From contig CAVXJS010000019.1 of NCBI GenBank assembly GCA_963762145.1, forward strand, positions 32,001 to 96,000: 64,000 nucleotides of DNA, in the 5' to 3' direction. A model generated the notes under the pieces. It had not been told where the DNA came from, did no database searches, and worked only from the letters and a program-made list of their open reading frames with translations. Within the stretch, counting starts at the first letter, position 1, and the number at the start of each line of letters is the position of its first letter. This document shows positions 9,137 to 19,492 of the stretch, piece by piece. Both the position numbers and the translations under genes were made by a program. The DNA comes from an uncultured Candidatus Rokubacteria bacterium. GTDB lineage: Bacteria > Methylomirabilota > Methylomirabilia > Rokubacteriales > CSP1-6.

Positions 9137-10042
9137 CTAGCGGTTCGTGGCGGACGGCTCGTAGGCGCCGGCCCGCTCGTCGCGATGGGTCGGGGCGAGC
9201 TCGGTCGCCGGGTCGCCCGCGACGCGCGTGTGACGCATGACCCGCGCCTCGGAGTAGTCGTACGGCCGGGCCCGATGCAGGACGCAGCGATTGTCCCAGA
9301 TGACCACGTCGCCCGGCTGCCAGCGATGCGCGTACGTTCGCGGCGGGCGGCAGGCGAAGTCGACGAGATCGGACAGAAGCCGCTCCGACTCCGCCTCGTC
9401 GAGGCCCGGGATGGCGTGGGCATGGCGGCCGATGTACAGGGCGGGGCGGCCCGTGACGGGGTGGATCTTCACCAGCGGACGCAGCGGCGCGCCCTTCGTG
9501 TGGAACCCGTAGCCGGCCCCCGGCTGGACCACGTGACCGATCTTGGCCTGGGAGTGATAGAGGGAGTGGTGCGCCGAGAGTCCCGCGATGCGCTGGCGCG
9601 TGGCCTCGTCCAGCGCGTCGTAGGCGGCCCGCATGTCGGCCCACTCGGTCTCGCCCGCGGCGGACGGCACCACCTGGGCCGAGAGCACCGACGCCTTGGC
9701 CGACAGGGGCATGTACGAGCTGTCGGTATGCCAGCCCTCGTTGCCGCGCAACGACTTGAAGCGGTGCTCGTCGGCTCGCATGATCGTTCCGTCGGGCTTC
9801 TGGTTGCTGATGGCCACCGCCCGCTGCTCCGGATCGGGGGCCAGGAGCTCGATGTCGCCGAAGCGATTCGCGAAGGCCACCTGTTCCGCTTCCGTCAGGT
9901 GCTGCCCCGGGAAGACCAGCACCGCATGGTCGTGGAACGCCCGCTCCACCGTCTTCCAGGTCGAGGCGTCCATCCGGGCGAGCTCGAGGTCGGTGACTAC
10001 GGCCCCCAGCGTGGCGGCAAGCGGCGTGACGGTCGGCTCCAT
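9137..10042 (-). CDS. TauD/TfdA family 2-oxoglutarate/Fe(II) dioxygenase
   Basis: WHTDSS (HxD) and WDNRCVLHRA; AGGAGG RBS. Confidence 0.92.
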   Translation of the reverse strand: MEPTVTPLAATLGAVVTDLELARMDASTWKTVERAFHDHAVLVFPGQHLTEAEQVAFANRFGDIELLAPDPEQRAVAISNQKPDGTIMRADEHRFKSLRGNEGWHTDSSYMPLSAKASVLSAQVVPSAAGETEWADMRAAYDALDEATRQRIAGLSAHHSLYHSQAKIGHVVQPGAGYGFHTKGAPLRPLVKIHPVTGRPALYIGRHAHAIPGLDEAESERLLSDLVDFACRPPRTYAHRWQPGDVVIWDNRCVLHRARPYDYSEARVMRHTRVAGDPATELAPTHRDERAGAYEPSATNR

Positions 10043-10088
10043 GGGATTCCTCCTGGTCTGGCAGGATGCGTCCGGGGACAGCCCGGAG

Positions 10089-13000
10089 TCAAGCACGCGG
10101 GCGTCCGGCGAGCGCGGATTCGGCCCGCCCGAGCCAGAAGCGCATGTCCAGCTCCTTGAAGAGTCCCGCCGCCGGCTCGAGCTGCTCGCGGGCCGCGGCG
10201 GGCTCACCCGCGCCGTGCAGGGCTTCGCCCAGCGCGAGACGGCAGCGGCCGAGGAGCGGCCGAACCGCGAGGGCGCGGGCGATGCCGACGGCCTCCTCGA
10301 GGGCCGCCCGCGCCGGGCCGCCCGCCCCCTCGGCGGACCGGATCTGTCCCAGGACGCGCAGCGCCTCGGCCACGAGCCAGCGCTGATGCTGGGCACGGGC
10401 CATGCCGAGCCCGCGCTCGACATGGGCGAGCGCCTCCGCCGGGCGTCCGGCCAGCGCGCACGCCTCGGCGAGCATGGTCAGGTTCCAGGCGTGAGTCGGG
10501 CGAAGACTCAGCGCGGCCGACTGCGCTGCCGCTTCCGCGAGGAGGGTCACGCCCTCCTCGGCGCGGCCGGACAGGGCATAGGCCTGGCCGAGATCGCTCG
10601 CGACGAGCAGGAAGAGCGGCCCGAAGCTGGCGCGGCGGCAGATCTCCACGCTCCGGCCGAGCCACGAGATCGCGAGCGGGAAGTTGCCCTGGACGAGGTG
10701 CGGCCGGCCGGCGCCCGCATAGGCCACGGCCAGGGAGAGCTCGTGCTGCGCCGCCTCGGCGAGCCGCTCCGCTTCCTGCGCGTGGGTGGACGCCTCCGTG
10801 AAGTCCCCGAGATACGCCAGGGACCACGCCATGAAGGCGTGCGCGGTCGCCGAGCGAAGCGCGGCCCCGCCGGTGGGCTTGCTCTCGGCGCCGGCGACGT
10901 TGCGGGCGAACGCGTCGATGGCCTGGCGGAACTCGCCGAGGCTCAGGTAGGCCTGGCCGAGGCGCAGCGTCGCGATGGCCGCCAGGGTGCGGTCGCCCAG
11001 TGTCCCGGCGATGGCCAGCGCGCGCTGGGCGGAGTCGACCGCCCGATCGGGCTGGCCGGACCACCAGTAGCCCTGGGTCATGTACGCCGCGATCCGGCCG
11101 AGCCTCCGCTGGTCGCCGAGCGCTCCCGCCACGAGCTCCGCCTCGTGGAGCGTCTCGAGCATGCGGACCACCTCGCCGTGCGGCGTCAGCGCATTGTGCA
11201 GGTCCAGCCGGAGGTCCACCTCCTGCTCGTCCCGCTCCTTGCCGGGGGGCAGGTGCCGGAGCGCGTCCAGCGCCTGCTCGGAGCACGCGACGGCTTCCCG
11301 GTAGGCGCTGTGGGCGGCGGCCTTGGCGCCGGCCTTGCGAAAGAGGACCACCGCCTTCTCCCACAGGCCGCCCTGGAGCGCGTGATGAGCCAGCCGGTCC
11401 ACCTGCTCGGCGAGCCGCCCGGTCCCCAGCTGCTCGATGACCGACACCAGGCGCGCGTGGAGCCCGCGGCGCTGGCCGTGCAGCAGCGCGCCGTAGGCGA
11501 CCTCGTGGGTGAGGGCGTGCTTGAACGTGTACTCGAGGTCGGGGAAGAGGCTCGTCTCGTACAGGAACTCGGCGGCCTGCAGGTTGGCCAGCGCCCCGCG
11601 CAGCGGTTCCTCCGGGACGTCCTCGAGCGCCTGGAGGAGGGCGAAGGGCACGTCCTTGCCGATGACCGAGGCCGACTGGAGCAGGCGCTTCTCGCGGTCG
11701 GGCAGGCGATCGAGGCGCGCGGCGAGAATGGACTGCACCGTCGCCGGCATCTGGATGCCCGCCAGCGGCCGCGCCGCGCGGTACTGCCCCCGTTCGCCCG
11801 CCAGCGCGCCGGTCTCGACCAGCGTCCGCACGCTCTCCTCCAGGAAGAAGGGATTGCCGTCCGTGCGCTCGATCAGGAGGCGCTGGAGCGGAGCCAGATC
11901 GGGCTCGACTCCGAGCAGCGCCCGCAGCAGCTCGTCCGCGCTCTCGCGCGCGAGCGTGTGGAGGACCAGACGTGTGTAGTAGGTCTTGCCGCCCCAGCCG
12001 TCCTGGTACTCCGGCCGGAAGTTGGCCAGCAGGACGATCCGCGCGCGTGGCATGCGCTCGACGAGGCCGTCGAGCAGCGCTTGCGTCTCACGGTCCACCC
12101 ACTGGAGATCCTCGAGGACCAGGAGCAGCGGCTGGCGCTGGCTCTCGCGCAGCAGGAGCGCGCGGACCGCGTCGAGCGTGCGCTGGCGGCGCAGCGCGGG
12201 ATCGAGCCCCTGCCACCGCGCGTCGTCGGCAGAGACGTCGAGCAGGGCCAGCAAAGCGGGGAGGTCCGGCTCGAGTGCCGGATCGAGCGTGCGCAGCCCG
12301 TCCTGAACCTTGGCGTGAATCTCGCGCGCGCCGTCGCGCGCCTCGAGCTGGAAATAGCCCTTGAGCAGGTCCGTGATCGGCAGGTACGGCGTGGCCTTGC
12401 CGTAGGATACCGACCGGCCTTCGAGGACGAGCCACTGGGGCCGTGACACGGTCTGCATGAGCTCGTGGAAGAGCCGCGACTTGCCGACCCCGGGCTCGCC
12501 CACCACGGCCACGACCTGGCCCCGGCCCGCCTCCGCCCGCTCGAGCGTTTCGTGGAGCCGGTCGAGCTCGGCGGCGCGCCCCACGAAGCGGGAGAGCCCC
12601 CGCCGCGTCGAGGCCTGCAGCCGCGAGCGCACCATTCCGACCCCGGTGACCTCGAAGACCTCGATGGGAGCCTCCATGCCCTTGACCGGCAGGGAGCCGA
12701 GCGACCGCGTCTCGACGTAGCCCTCGGCGAAGCGGAGAGTCTCGGCGGTGGTCAGCACCGCGCCGGGCGTGGCCATCTGCTCCATCCGCGCGGCCAGGTG
12801 CGTGGTTTGGCCGACCGCGGTGTAGCTCATGCGCAGATCGTTGCCGACGGAGCGCACCACGACCTCGCCGGAGTTGAGTCCGACGCGGATCTGGATCGGG
12901 ATGCCCTCGGTCCGGCGCACGTCTTCGGCGTGACGCTTGACCGACTCCTGCATGCGAATCGCCGCGTAGCAGGCCCGCACCGCGTGATCCTCGTGGGCGA

Positions 13001-13442
13001 GCGGGGCGCCGAAGAGCGCCATGATCCCGTCGCCCATGACCTGATTGACCGTGCCCTCGTAATGATGAACCGCCTCGATCATGCGCTCGAGGACGGGGTC
13101 GAGAATCTTGCGCGCCTCTTCGGGATCGCGGTCCGCCAGGAGCTCCAGCGAGCTCTGGAGATCGGCGAAGAGGACGGTCACCTGCTTGCGCTCGCCCTCG
13201 AGGGCGCTCTTCGAGGTGAGGATGCGCTCGGCGAGGTGCCGGGGCGTGTACGCCTCGGGCGAGGCGAAGCGCGCCCGGCCGGCGGCATTCGCGTCCACCG
13301 GCCGACCGCACTGCCCGCAGAAGCGGACGCCCTCGGCGAGCTCGACGCCGCACGAGCCGCACGAGAGCGTGAGCCGCGCGCCGCACTCGGTGCAGAAACG
13401 CCTCGAGGCGGGCGTGTCGTGCTGGCAGCGCGGACAGTGCAT
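10089..13442 (-). CDS. Double zinc-ribbon + class III adenylate/guanylate cyclase + AAA ATPase + TPR protein
   Basis: N-terminal CxxC repeats, GERKQVTVLFADL, GDGIMALFGAP, Walker A GEPGVGKS, helical TPR-like C-terminus. Confidence 0.92.
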   Translation of the reverse strand: MHCPRCQHDTPASRRFCTECGARLTLSCGSCGVELAEGVRFCGQCGRPVDANAAGRARFASPEAYTPRHLAERILTSKSALEGERKQVTVLFADLQSSLELLADRDPEEARKILDPVLERMIEAVHHYEGTVNQVMGDGIMALFGAPLAHEDHAVRACYAAIRMQESVKRHAEDVRRTEGIPIQIRVGLNSGEVVVRSVGNDLRMSYTAVGQTTHLAARMEQMATPGAVLTTAETLRFAEGYVETRSLGSLPVKGMEAPIEVFEVTGVGMVRSRLQASTRRGLSRFVGRAAELDRLHETLERAEAGRGQVVAVVGEPGVGKSRLFHELMQTVSRPQWLVLEGRSVSYGKATPYLPITDLLKGYFQLEARDGAREIHAKVQDGLRTLDPALEPDLPALLALLDVSADDARWQGLDPALRRQRTLDAVRALLLRESQRQPLLLVLEDLQWVDRETQALLDGLVERMPRARIVLLANFRPEYQDGWGGKTYYTRLVLHTLARESADELLRALLGVEPDLAPLQRLLIERTDGNPFFLEESVRTLVETGALAGERGQYRAARPLAGIQMPATVQSILAARLDRLPDREKRLLQSASVIGKDVPFALLQALEDVPEEPLRGALANLQAAEFLYETSLFPDLEYTFKHALTHEVAYGALLHGQRRGLHARLVSVIEQLGTGRLAEQVDRLAHHALQGGLWEKAVVLFRKAGAKAAAHSAYREAVACSEQALDALRHLPPGKERDEQEVDLRLDLHNALTPHGEVVRMLETLHEAELVAGALGDQRRLGRIAAYMTQGYWWSGQPDRAVDSAQRALAIAGTLGDRTLAAIATLRLGQAYLSLGEFRQAIDAFARNVAGAESKPTGGAALRSATAHAFMAWSLAYLGDFTEASTHAQEAERLAEAAQHELSLAVAYAGAGRPHLVQGNFPLAISWLGRSVEICRRASFGPLFLLVASDLGQAYALSGRAEEGVTLLAEAAAQSAALSLRPTHAWNLTMLAEACALAGRPAEALAHVERGLGMARAQHQRWLVAEALRVLGQIRSAEGAGGPARAALEEAVGIARALAVRPLLGRCRLALGEALHGAGEPAAAREQLEPAAGLFKELDMRFWLGRAESALAGRPRA

Positions 13443-13553
13443 GGCGCAATCCCTCGGCGCGCGCCGTGAAGAGGGCGGGTCGCGCCCACGAGAGTAGCCC
13501 GCGCGGGTCCGAGGGGTCAACACTCCGCGCCCTTCTGCTATACTTCCGTCGCT

Positions 13554-14717
13554 GTGAACCGACGCAACCTCCTGTTCGAGCTGCTTCCCAGGACGCGGTA
13601 CGGGGAGCTGACCGTCGTGACGCCGGAGGGAACGTCTCGCCGCTTCGCCGGCGATCGGGAAGGCGAGCGGGCGACCTTCATCCTGAAGGACTGGCGGGCC
13701 ATCGACGCGATCCTGAGGCGCGGGGACATCGGCCTCGGCGAGTCGTACATGGCGAACCTCTGGGAGACCCCCGATCTCAAGAGCTTCCTGACCTTCTGCC
13801 AGCGCAACCGGGACGAGTTCGCCCGGCTGACGCGCTTCGACCTGGTGAACACGCTGCTCTCGCGGGTCGCGCGGTTCACCAGCACCAACTCCTTTACCGG
13901 GAGCCGGAAGAACATCGCGGCCAGCTACGACTATCCCGCCGGGCTCTACCAGTCCTACACGGACCGCATGATGACGTACTCGAGCGGCTGGTGGGACGGC
14001 CAGGAGATGTCGCTCGACGACGCCCAGGTCAACAAGTACGACCGGATCCTGAGTCGGCTCGGGCCGCCGCCGCAGCATATTCTGGAGATGGGGTGCGGCT
14101 GGGGCTACTTCCTCAAGCTCGCCGCCTCGCGCGGCTACCGGATCACCGGCTGCACGGTGTCGCAGCGCCAGTACGAGTATGCGCGGGACCTGAACGAGAA
14201 GGAGATCGCGGCCGGGCAGGTGATCCTCCTGCTGGAGGACTACCGGAACATGCCCGGCGAGTACGACGCGGTCATGTCCACCGGCTTCTTCGAGCACGTG
14301 GGATCGCAGTACTGGGTCGAGCATTTCCGCAAGGTGAAGCAGTACCTGAAGCCGGGCGGCGTGGCGATGACCCAGACCATGCTGTGCAACCGATTCGACC
14401 CCAGGAACGGCAGGGCCTTGAACTTCTTCTCCAAGTACATCTTCCCGGGGGGCGAGTTCCCGTCGGTGGGGACGTTCATCGTCGCGGCCGAGGAGGCCGG
14501 CCTGCGGTGCGAGGAGCAGCTCGCGTTCGGCCAGGACTATGCCCGGACCATGGAGGAGTGCTGGACGCGCTTCCACCGGAACCTGGCCGACGTGCGGAGG
14601 CTCGGCTACGACCAGGAGTTCATCCGCAAATGGGAGTTCTTCCTCGCGGGCTGGTACGCCATGTTCAAGTCCGGTCACTACAACGTCATGCAGGCCAAGC
14701 TGGTGCACTACCCATGA
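13554..14717 (+). CDS. cfa: Cyclopropane-fatty-acyl-phospholipid synthase family methyltransferase
   Basis: GLGESYM, MTYSS, LEMGCGWG SAM motif, KYIFPGG. Confidence 0.85.
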   Translation: MNRRNLLFELLPRTRYGELTVVTPEGTSRRFAGDREGERATFILKDWRAIDAILRRGDIGLGESYMANLWETPDLKSFLTFCQRNRDEFARLTRFDLVNTLLSRVARFTSTNSFTGSRKNIAASYDYPAGLYQSYTDRMMTYSSGWWDGQEMSLDDAQVNKYDRILSRLGPPPQHILEMGCGWGYFLKLAASRGYRITGCTVSQRQYEYARDLNEKEIAAGQVILLLEDYRNMPGEYDAVMSTGFFEHVGSQYWVEHFRKVKQYLKPGGVAMTQTMLCNRFDPRNGRALNFFSKYIFPGGEFPSVGTFIVAAEEAGLRCEEQLAFGQDYARTMEECWTRFHRNLADVRRLGYDQEFIRKWEFFLAGWYAMFKSGHYNVMQAKLVHYP

Positions 14718-14727
14718 GGAGATCCGA

Positions 14728-16329
14728 GTGAACCGGTGGCGATCGACGACGACCGCGCTTCTCCTCGTGGCGGGCCTGACGGGTCCGCCCTTCCCGCTGC
14801 TCGCGCAGACCCCCAAGCCCGGCGGCGTGCTCACCGTGATGCAGCGGGAAGAGCTGCCGCAGGGCCTGTCGATCCTCGAGACCTCGACGATCGCGACGGT
14901 GTGGCCCGCCTCGCCGTGCTTCAACAACCTGGTCTACTTCGATCCGGCCAAGCCCATGGAGACGCCCGACACCATCGTGGGCGAGCTGGCCGAGAAGTGG
15001 TCCTGGCAGGACGGCTACCGGAACCTGGTCTTCTTCCTGCGACGGGACGTGAAGTGGCACGACGGCCGGCCCTTCACCGCGCGCGACGTGAAGTTCACGT
15101 TCGACGTGGTGCGCGAGGCTCCCGACGCGCCGGCGAAGCTGCGTCTCAACCCGCGGAAGGACTGGTACGCCAACGTCGAGGCCATCGAGGCGGCGGATGC
15201 CTACACGGTCGTCTTCCGGCTCAAGCGGCCCCAGCCCTCCATCCTGATGATGCTGGCCTCGGGGCAATCGCCGGTCTATCCGGCCCACGTGCCGATCGCC
15301 GAGCAGCGCAACCGCTGCGTGGGCACCGGGCCGTTCAAGTTCAAGGAGTGGCGTCGGGGCGAGTTCGTGGAGTTCGTGAAGAATCCGGACTACTTCGTCA
15401 AGGGCCGCCCGTATCTGGACGGCCTCAAGTACGTGATCATCAGCGAGCGCGGGACCCGGACCGCCGCGCTCCAGACCGGCCGGCTCGACACCTCGGCGCC
15501 GGGCGAGATCACCAAGAACATCGCCGATCAGCTGAAAGCCGCGGTGCCCGGGATGGTGATCACCCGGGTCGGGTCGCTCACCTCGCCGAACCTGCTCGTC
15601 AACCACGCGCGGGCGCCCTTCAACGACGCGCGGGTCCGGCGCGCGGTGGACCTCGCCGTCGATCGCGACGGCTACATCAAGGGCGTGCTGCAGGGCGCCG
15701 GGGTGTCCGGGGCGCCGCTGGTGCCGCGGCCCTTCGGCTCGTGGGGCCTCAACGAGGGCGAGATCGTGGGCATCCTGGGACGCCCGGAGGGCCGCAAGGC
15801 CGCCGCGCGGAAGCTCCTCGACGAGGCCGGCTACGGCCCCGCGACCCCGCTCCGCTTCGAGGCGCACACGCGCGGCATCGCCACCTACGTGGACCTGGCC
15901 TCCTACGTGGTCAGCGAGCTGAAGCTGGTGGGGGTGGACATCACGGTCAAGCAGCTCGACAGCGTGCAGTGGTACGGGGTCACCACCCGCAAGGAGTTCC
16001 AGCTCGGCATCAACATCTCGGGCTACGGGGTGGACGATCCCGACGCGATCCTGTTCGAGAACTACACGTGCACCGCGCTGCGGAACTACACCAGCTACTG
16101 CGACGAGGGCGTGTCGCGCCTGATCGACCAGCAGTCGCAGGAGCTGGACCCGAAGAAGCGGCTGGCCCTCGTTCACGAGATCCAGCGGAAGCTCACCGAG
16201 GCGGGCGCCCGTCCGACGGTGTCCTGGGGCATCGATCACTTCACCCACTGGCCCCACGTGAAGGGCCTGGTGCCGCATCACTCGCTCTACAGCTTCGGCC
16301 GGATGCAGAACGTCTGGCTGGATCGCTAG
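14728..16329 (+). CDS. ABC transporter substrate-binding protein, family 5
   Basis: GAGGAG RBS plus GTG start, signal peptide, VKWHDGRPFTARDV, GTGPFKF. Confidence 0.9.
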   Translation: MNRWRSTTTALLLVAGLTGPPFPLLAQTPKPGGVLTVMQREELPQGLSILETSTIATVWPASPCFNNLVYFDPAKPMETPDTIVGELAEKWSWQDGYRNLVFFLRRDVKWHDGRPFTARDVKFTFDVVREAPDAPAKLRLNPRKDWYANVEAIEAADAYTVVFRLKRPQPSILMMLASGQSPVYPAHVPIAEQRNRCVGTGPFKFKEWRRGEFVEFVKNPDYFVKGRPYLDGLKYVIISERGTRTAALQTGRLDTSAPGEITKNIADQLKAAVPGMVITRVGSLTSPNLLVNHARAPFNDARVRRAVDLAVDRDGYIKGVLQGAGVSGAPLVPRPFGSWGLNEGEIVGILGRPEGRKAAARKLLDEAGYGPATPLRFEAHTRGIATYVDLASYVVSELKLVGVDITVKQLDSVQWYGVTTRKEFQLGINISGYGVDDPDAILFENYTCTALRNYTSYCDEGVSRLIDQQSQELDPKKRLALVHEIQRKLTEAGARPTVSWGIDHFTHWPHVKGLVPHHSLYSFGRMQNVWLDR

Positions 16330-16335
16330 CGCGAC

Positions 16336-17682
16336 TCAGCCCTCGATCAGCTCCACCCGGAACAGCGCGCCCGGATCCTCGACCGCGACCAGGTGGTGGA
16401 TCGTGAACTCGTAGGCCTCACCCGCGCGCAGGTCGGAGGGCGAGAAGGGGAACGCGAGGTTGCCCGCGATCGCCTGGCGGCCGGGATAGGTCACGTGCAA
16501 GGCCACCGAGCGCGCCAGGGCCAGGACGGCGGCGGAGGTCTCGGGGTCGTCGGCGATCACCTCGATGATGAGGCCGATCTCGTGGGGCCGCCCGTGGCGC
16601 ACCGGCTCGAGCGGGCCCATGACGCCGTCGCGGCCGTAGACGTGGAACATGAGCCGATAGCCGTCGGGGTAGGTGTCGGCGACGCGCGTGCGCACGTTGG
16701 CGAGGTAGGCGTCGAGGTTGGCGATGAGCTGGGGCTCGCGTACGCCCGCGATGGACAGCGTGCGGAAGCCGACGCGCGTGACGCCTTCGAGCTTGAGCGT
16801 CGGGGTGGCGGCGGGGACGAAGCGCGTGCCGGACACCCGCACCGCGCGATCCCCGGAAGGCTCGAAGCGCGTGGCCTTGAGGTCGATGTGCCCGTGGGGC
16901 AGGTGGAGCTCGTAGGGATTGGCCCGCTCGTAGAGCGAGTGCGCGGCCACCGAGGCCACCGTGCAGACCTTGTCCGGGTTCGGCGGCTCGACCGTGAAGG
17001 CGTCGTCCTCGATGACGCCGAGCAGGCTGTCCGAGCCGTGCCGCGGATAGGCGGCGGCCCCGCCGCATTCGAGGATCTTGCCCATGTGCAGCGCCAGGCC
17101 CGGGTCGAAGCCGGCCCGGATGGGAAAGGCCGCGATGACCGCGGCGTCGCACGCGCGCCCGGCGATGACCACCTCCGCGCCGGCGTCGAGGGCGGCCAGG
17201 AACGGCTCCACGCCCATCTGGGCCACGATGCGCGCGGCCCCATCCACGTCGGCGGCGGTCAGCGCGCGGTCGTGGTCGAGCGGGCGCACCCGGCCGCCCG
17301 CGACCTGCGTCCGCAGCCAGCCGCGATCCACCTCGGCGTCGATCACCGCGGTGCGGAAGCGGTAGCCCCGCTCGCGGCAGAGCTCGCGGTAGAGATCGAG
17401 CGTCCACTCCAGGTGCGGGCGGCCGCCACCCCCGCCCGCGGAGCCGATCAGCACCGGGATGCGCCGGTCGCGCGCGGCGTCGAGGATCATGGTGAGATCG
17501 CGCTTGGCCGCGCGGCGGTTGACGAACGGCACGCCCGCGCCCAGGTAGTAGGGACCGGGATCGGTCGAGCCGGCGTCGAGCGCGAGGACCGCCGGGTCGC
17601 GGGCGAGGCCGCGCTCCATGGAGCGGGCGGGTATGCCGTAGCCGAGCATGCCGAGCGGTGCCAGGACGGTCATCGGCTGCAT
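16336..17682 (-). CDS. AtuA/DUF1446 (acyclic terpene utilization N-terminal-like) family protein
   Basis: GMLGYG, DAGSTDPGPYYLG, VIAGRACD, HMGKILECG, AGNLAFPFSPS. Confidence 0.8.
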   Translation of the reverse strand: MQPMTVLAPLGMLGYGIPARSMERGLARDPAVLALDAGSTDPGPYYLGAGVPFVNRRAAKRDLTMILDAARDRRIPVLIGSAGGGGGRPHLEWTLDLYRELCRERGYRFRTAVIDAEVDRGWLRTQVAGGRVRPLDHDRALTAADVDGAARIVAQMGVEPFLAALDAGAEVVIAGRACDAAVIAAFPIRAGFDPGLALHMGKILECGGAAAYPRHGSDSLLGVIEDDAFTVEPPNPDKVCTVASVAAHSLYERANPYELHLPHGHIDLKATRFEPSGDRAVRVSGTRFVPAATPTLKLEGVTRVGFRTLSIAGVREPQLIANLDAYLANVRTRVADTYPDGYRLMFHVYGRDGVMGPLEPVRHGRPHEIGLIIEVIADDPETSAAVLALARSVALHVTYPGRQAIAGNLAFPFSPSDLRAGEAYEFTIHHLVAVEDPGALFRVELIEG

Positions 17683-17693
17683 GGAGAGCTCCC

Positions 17694-18020
17694 TCAGACG
17701 GGATCCGGCCACGGGATCGCGTGGCCGGCGAGCGGGACGTGCTGCTGCGCTCCGTACACGTCGGTCTCCCCGACCGCGCCGGAGGGCCACGGGCGGCGCA
17801 GCGTGATCTTCACCGCGAACGCCGGCTCGAACTCGATGATGTCGACGACGTCGTCGGGCGAGATGCCGTAGAGGCCGGCCACCGTGGCGCGGTCGAGCGG
17901 CTGCCCGGCCACGAACCGGCGGTAGGTCGCCTCGTCCGGGAAGACGATGTCGAGGGTGAGGAGGAACGGCCCCGCATTCTTGCTCGTCACGAACGTGGCG
18001 ATCTCGCCGATGGTCTTCAT
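17694..18020 (-). CDS. DUF4387 family protein
   Basis: SKNAGPFLLTLDI and GETDVYGAQQH motifs; usual neighbour of the AtuA-like gene. Confidence 0.8.
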   Translation of the reverse strand: MKTIGEIATFVTSKNAGPFLLTLDIVFPDEATYRRFVAGQPLDRATVAGLYGISPDDVVDIIEFEPAFAVKITLRRPWPSGAVGETDVYGAQQHVPLAGHAIPWPDPV

Positions 18021-18029
18021 CGCGAGGCC

Positions 18030-18058
18030 ATCGCACCACTCCGGCCCTGCGCTGTCAA
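18030..18058 (-). promoter_or_regulatory. Sigma70-type promoter of the DUF4387-AtuA pair
   Basis: TTGACA-N17-TGCGAT with an extended TG, 9 nt before the ATG. Confidence 0.55.
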
Positions 18059-18073
18059 GAGACGGGCGGCGCC

Positions 18074-19492
18074 TCAGTCCGGAAGCGGCGGGCGCCGCGC
18101 GTGCCACTCGGTGGCGCGCTCGTAGGCGCGGGCCGCGCGGAGCAGCGTCGCCTCGGCGAGACGCCGGGCGATGAGCTGCAGGCCGATCGGCAGCCCGCCG
18201 GTCGTGAATCCGCAGGGCAGGGAGAGCGCGGGCACGCCGGCCAGGCTCGCGGGCGTGGTGTAGGAGCGCCGGTTGAAGAAACGCCGCCCCGCCTCGGCGC
18301 GCGAGGTGATCGGGGCCTGGGCGCTGGCGATCGGCGGGGCCGGCGTGGGCCCGGTGGGCGCCAGCAGCACGTCGAAGCGCGTCAGCGCGCCCTCGACCTG
18401 CGCGCGGATCGCCCCGCGGGCCCGCGCGGCCTGCTGGCCGAGCGTGGCGGGCAGCAGCGCCGCGGTGACGAGCCGTCGGCGCGTGCCGGGATCGTACTCG
18501 TCGCCCCGGGTGGCCAGGGTGCGGTGATGCCAGGCCGCCGCCTCGCCGTCCGCCAGCGCCATGAAGACCGCGCCGGCCAGGGGCAGCAGCGGCAGGGCGA
18601 CGTCCTCCACCCGTGCGCCGAGGCGACGGAGCGTCTCGGCGGCCTCGCGGACCGCGGCGCGGACGGCGGCGTCGGTGTCCGGACTGTCGACGAGCTGGGT
18701 GACGACGCCGATCGAGAGGCCGGCGACGCCCCGCTCGAGCTCTCCCCGCGGGTCGGAGGGCGCGGCCTGCGCCCACCGGTCGTGGCCGTCGGGGCCCGCG
18801 ATGATCGAGAGGAGCAGCGCCGCGTCCTCCACCGAGCGGGTCAACGGGCCCGGCGCGTCCATCGACCACGCCACCGGCACGCAGCCCGAGCGCGGGACCA
18901 GGCCCCAGGTGGGCCGGAGCCCGACGGCGCCGCACCACGAGGCCGGGCTTCGCACGGAGCCGCCGGTGTCCTCGCCGAGGGTAGCCGCGGCGAGCGCGGC
19001 CGCGGCCGCGATGCCGGAGCCGGAGGAGGACCCGCCCGTCTCGCGCGTCTGATCCCATGGGTTGCGCGGCTGGCCGAAGGGGTGGGTGAGCGTGCCGCCC
19101 AGCGCGAACTCGGTGAGGTTCAGCTTGCCGAGCAGGATCCCGCCCGCCGCGCGGAGGCGCGCCACCACCGTCGCGTCCTCGATCGGCACGCGGTCGGCGT
19201 GAAGCCGCGAGCCCGAGGTGGTGCGCACGCCCGCGGTGTCGAACTGGTCCTTCACCGCGAACGGCACCCCGTGGAGCGGCCCGAGCGCCGCGCCGCGGGC
19301 GAGCGCCTGTTCCGCGGCCCGGGCCTCCGCGAGCGCACTCTCCCGACAGACCGTGACGTACGCGTGGAGGGTGGCATCCCAGCGGTCGATGCGCGCGAGG
19401 TAGGCCTGCACCACCTCCACCGGCGAGACCGAGCGCGCGCGGATGAGCCCGGCCAGCTCGGCCGCGGTCCGATAGGCGAGATCCGTGGTCAT
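18074..19492 (-). CDS. Amidase-signature family enzyme (GatA/AtzE-like)
   Basis: GPLHGVPFAVKD, GGSSSGS, GEDTGGSVRSPA. Confidence 0.92.
   Translation of the reverse strand: MTTDLAYRTAAELAGLIRARSVSPVEVVQAYLARIDRWDATLHAYVTVCRESALAEARAAEQALARGAALGPLHGVPFAVKDQFDTAGVRTTSGSRLHADRVPIEDATVVARLRAAGGILLGKLNLTEFALGGTLTHPFGQPRNPWDQTRETGGSSSGSGIAAAAALAAATLGEDTGGSVRSPASWCGAVGLRPTWGLVPRSGCVPVAWSMDAPGPLTRSVEDAALLLSIIAGPDGHDRWAQAAPSDPRGELERGVAGLSIGVVTQLVDSPDTDAAVRAAVREAAETLRRLGARVEDVALPLLPLAGAVFMALADGEAAAWHHRTLATRGDEYDPGTRRRLVTAALLPATLGQQAARARGAIRAQVEGALTRFDVLLAPTGPTPAPPIASAQAPITSRAEAGRRFFNRRSYTTPASLAGVPALSLPCGFTTGGLPIGLQLIARRLAEATLLRAARAYERATEWHARRPPLPD

Noticed and set aside
9633-12446. 937 aa plus-strand ORF, and similar long ORFs such as 46457-49150, 6543-8207 and 18101-19942
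   Set aside because: These are antisense shadows of well-supported genes, expected at this GC content, with no recognisable motifs.
10089-14927. 1612 aa ORF as a single giant protein
   Set aside because: The N-terminal ~495 aa are antisense to cfa. The real start is MHCPRC at 13442.
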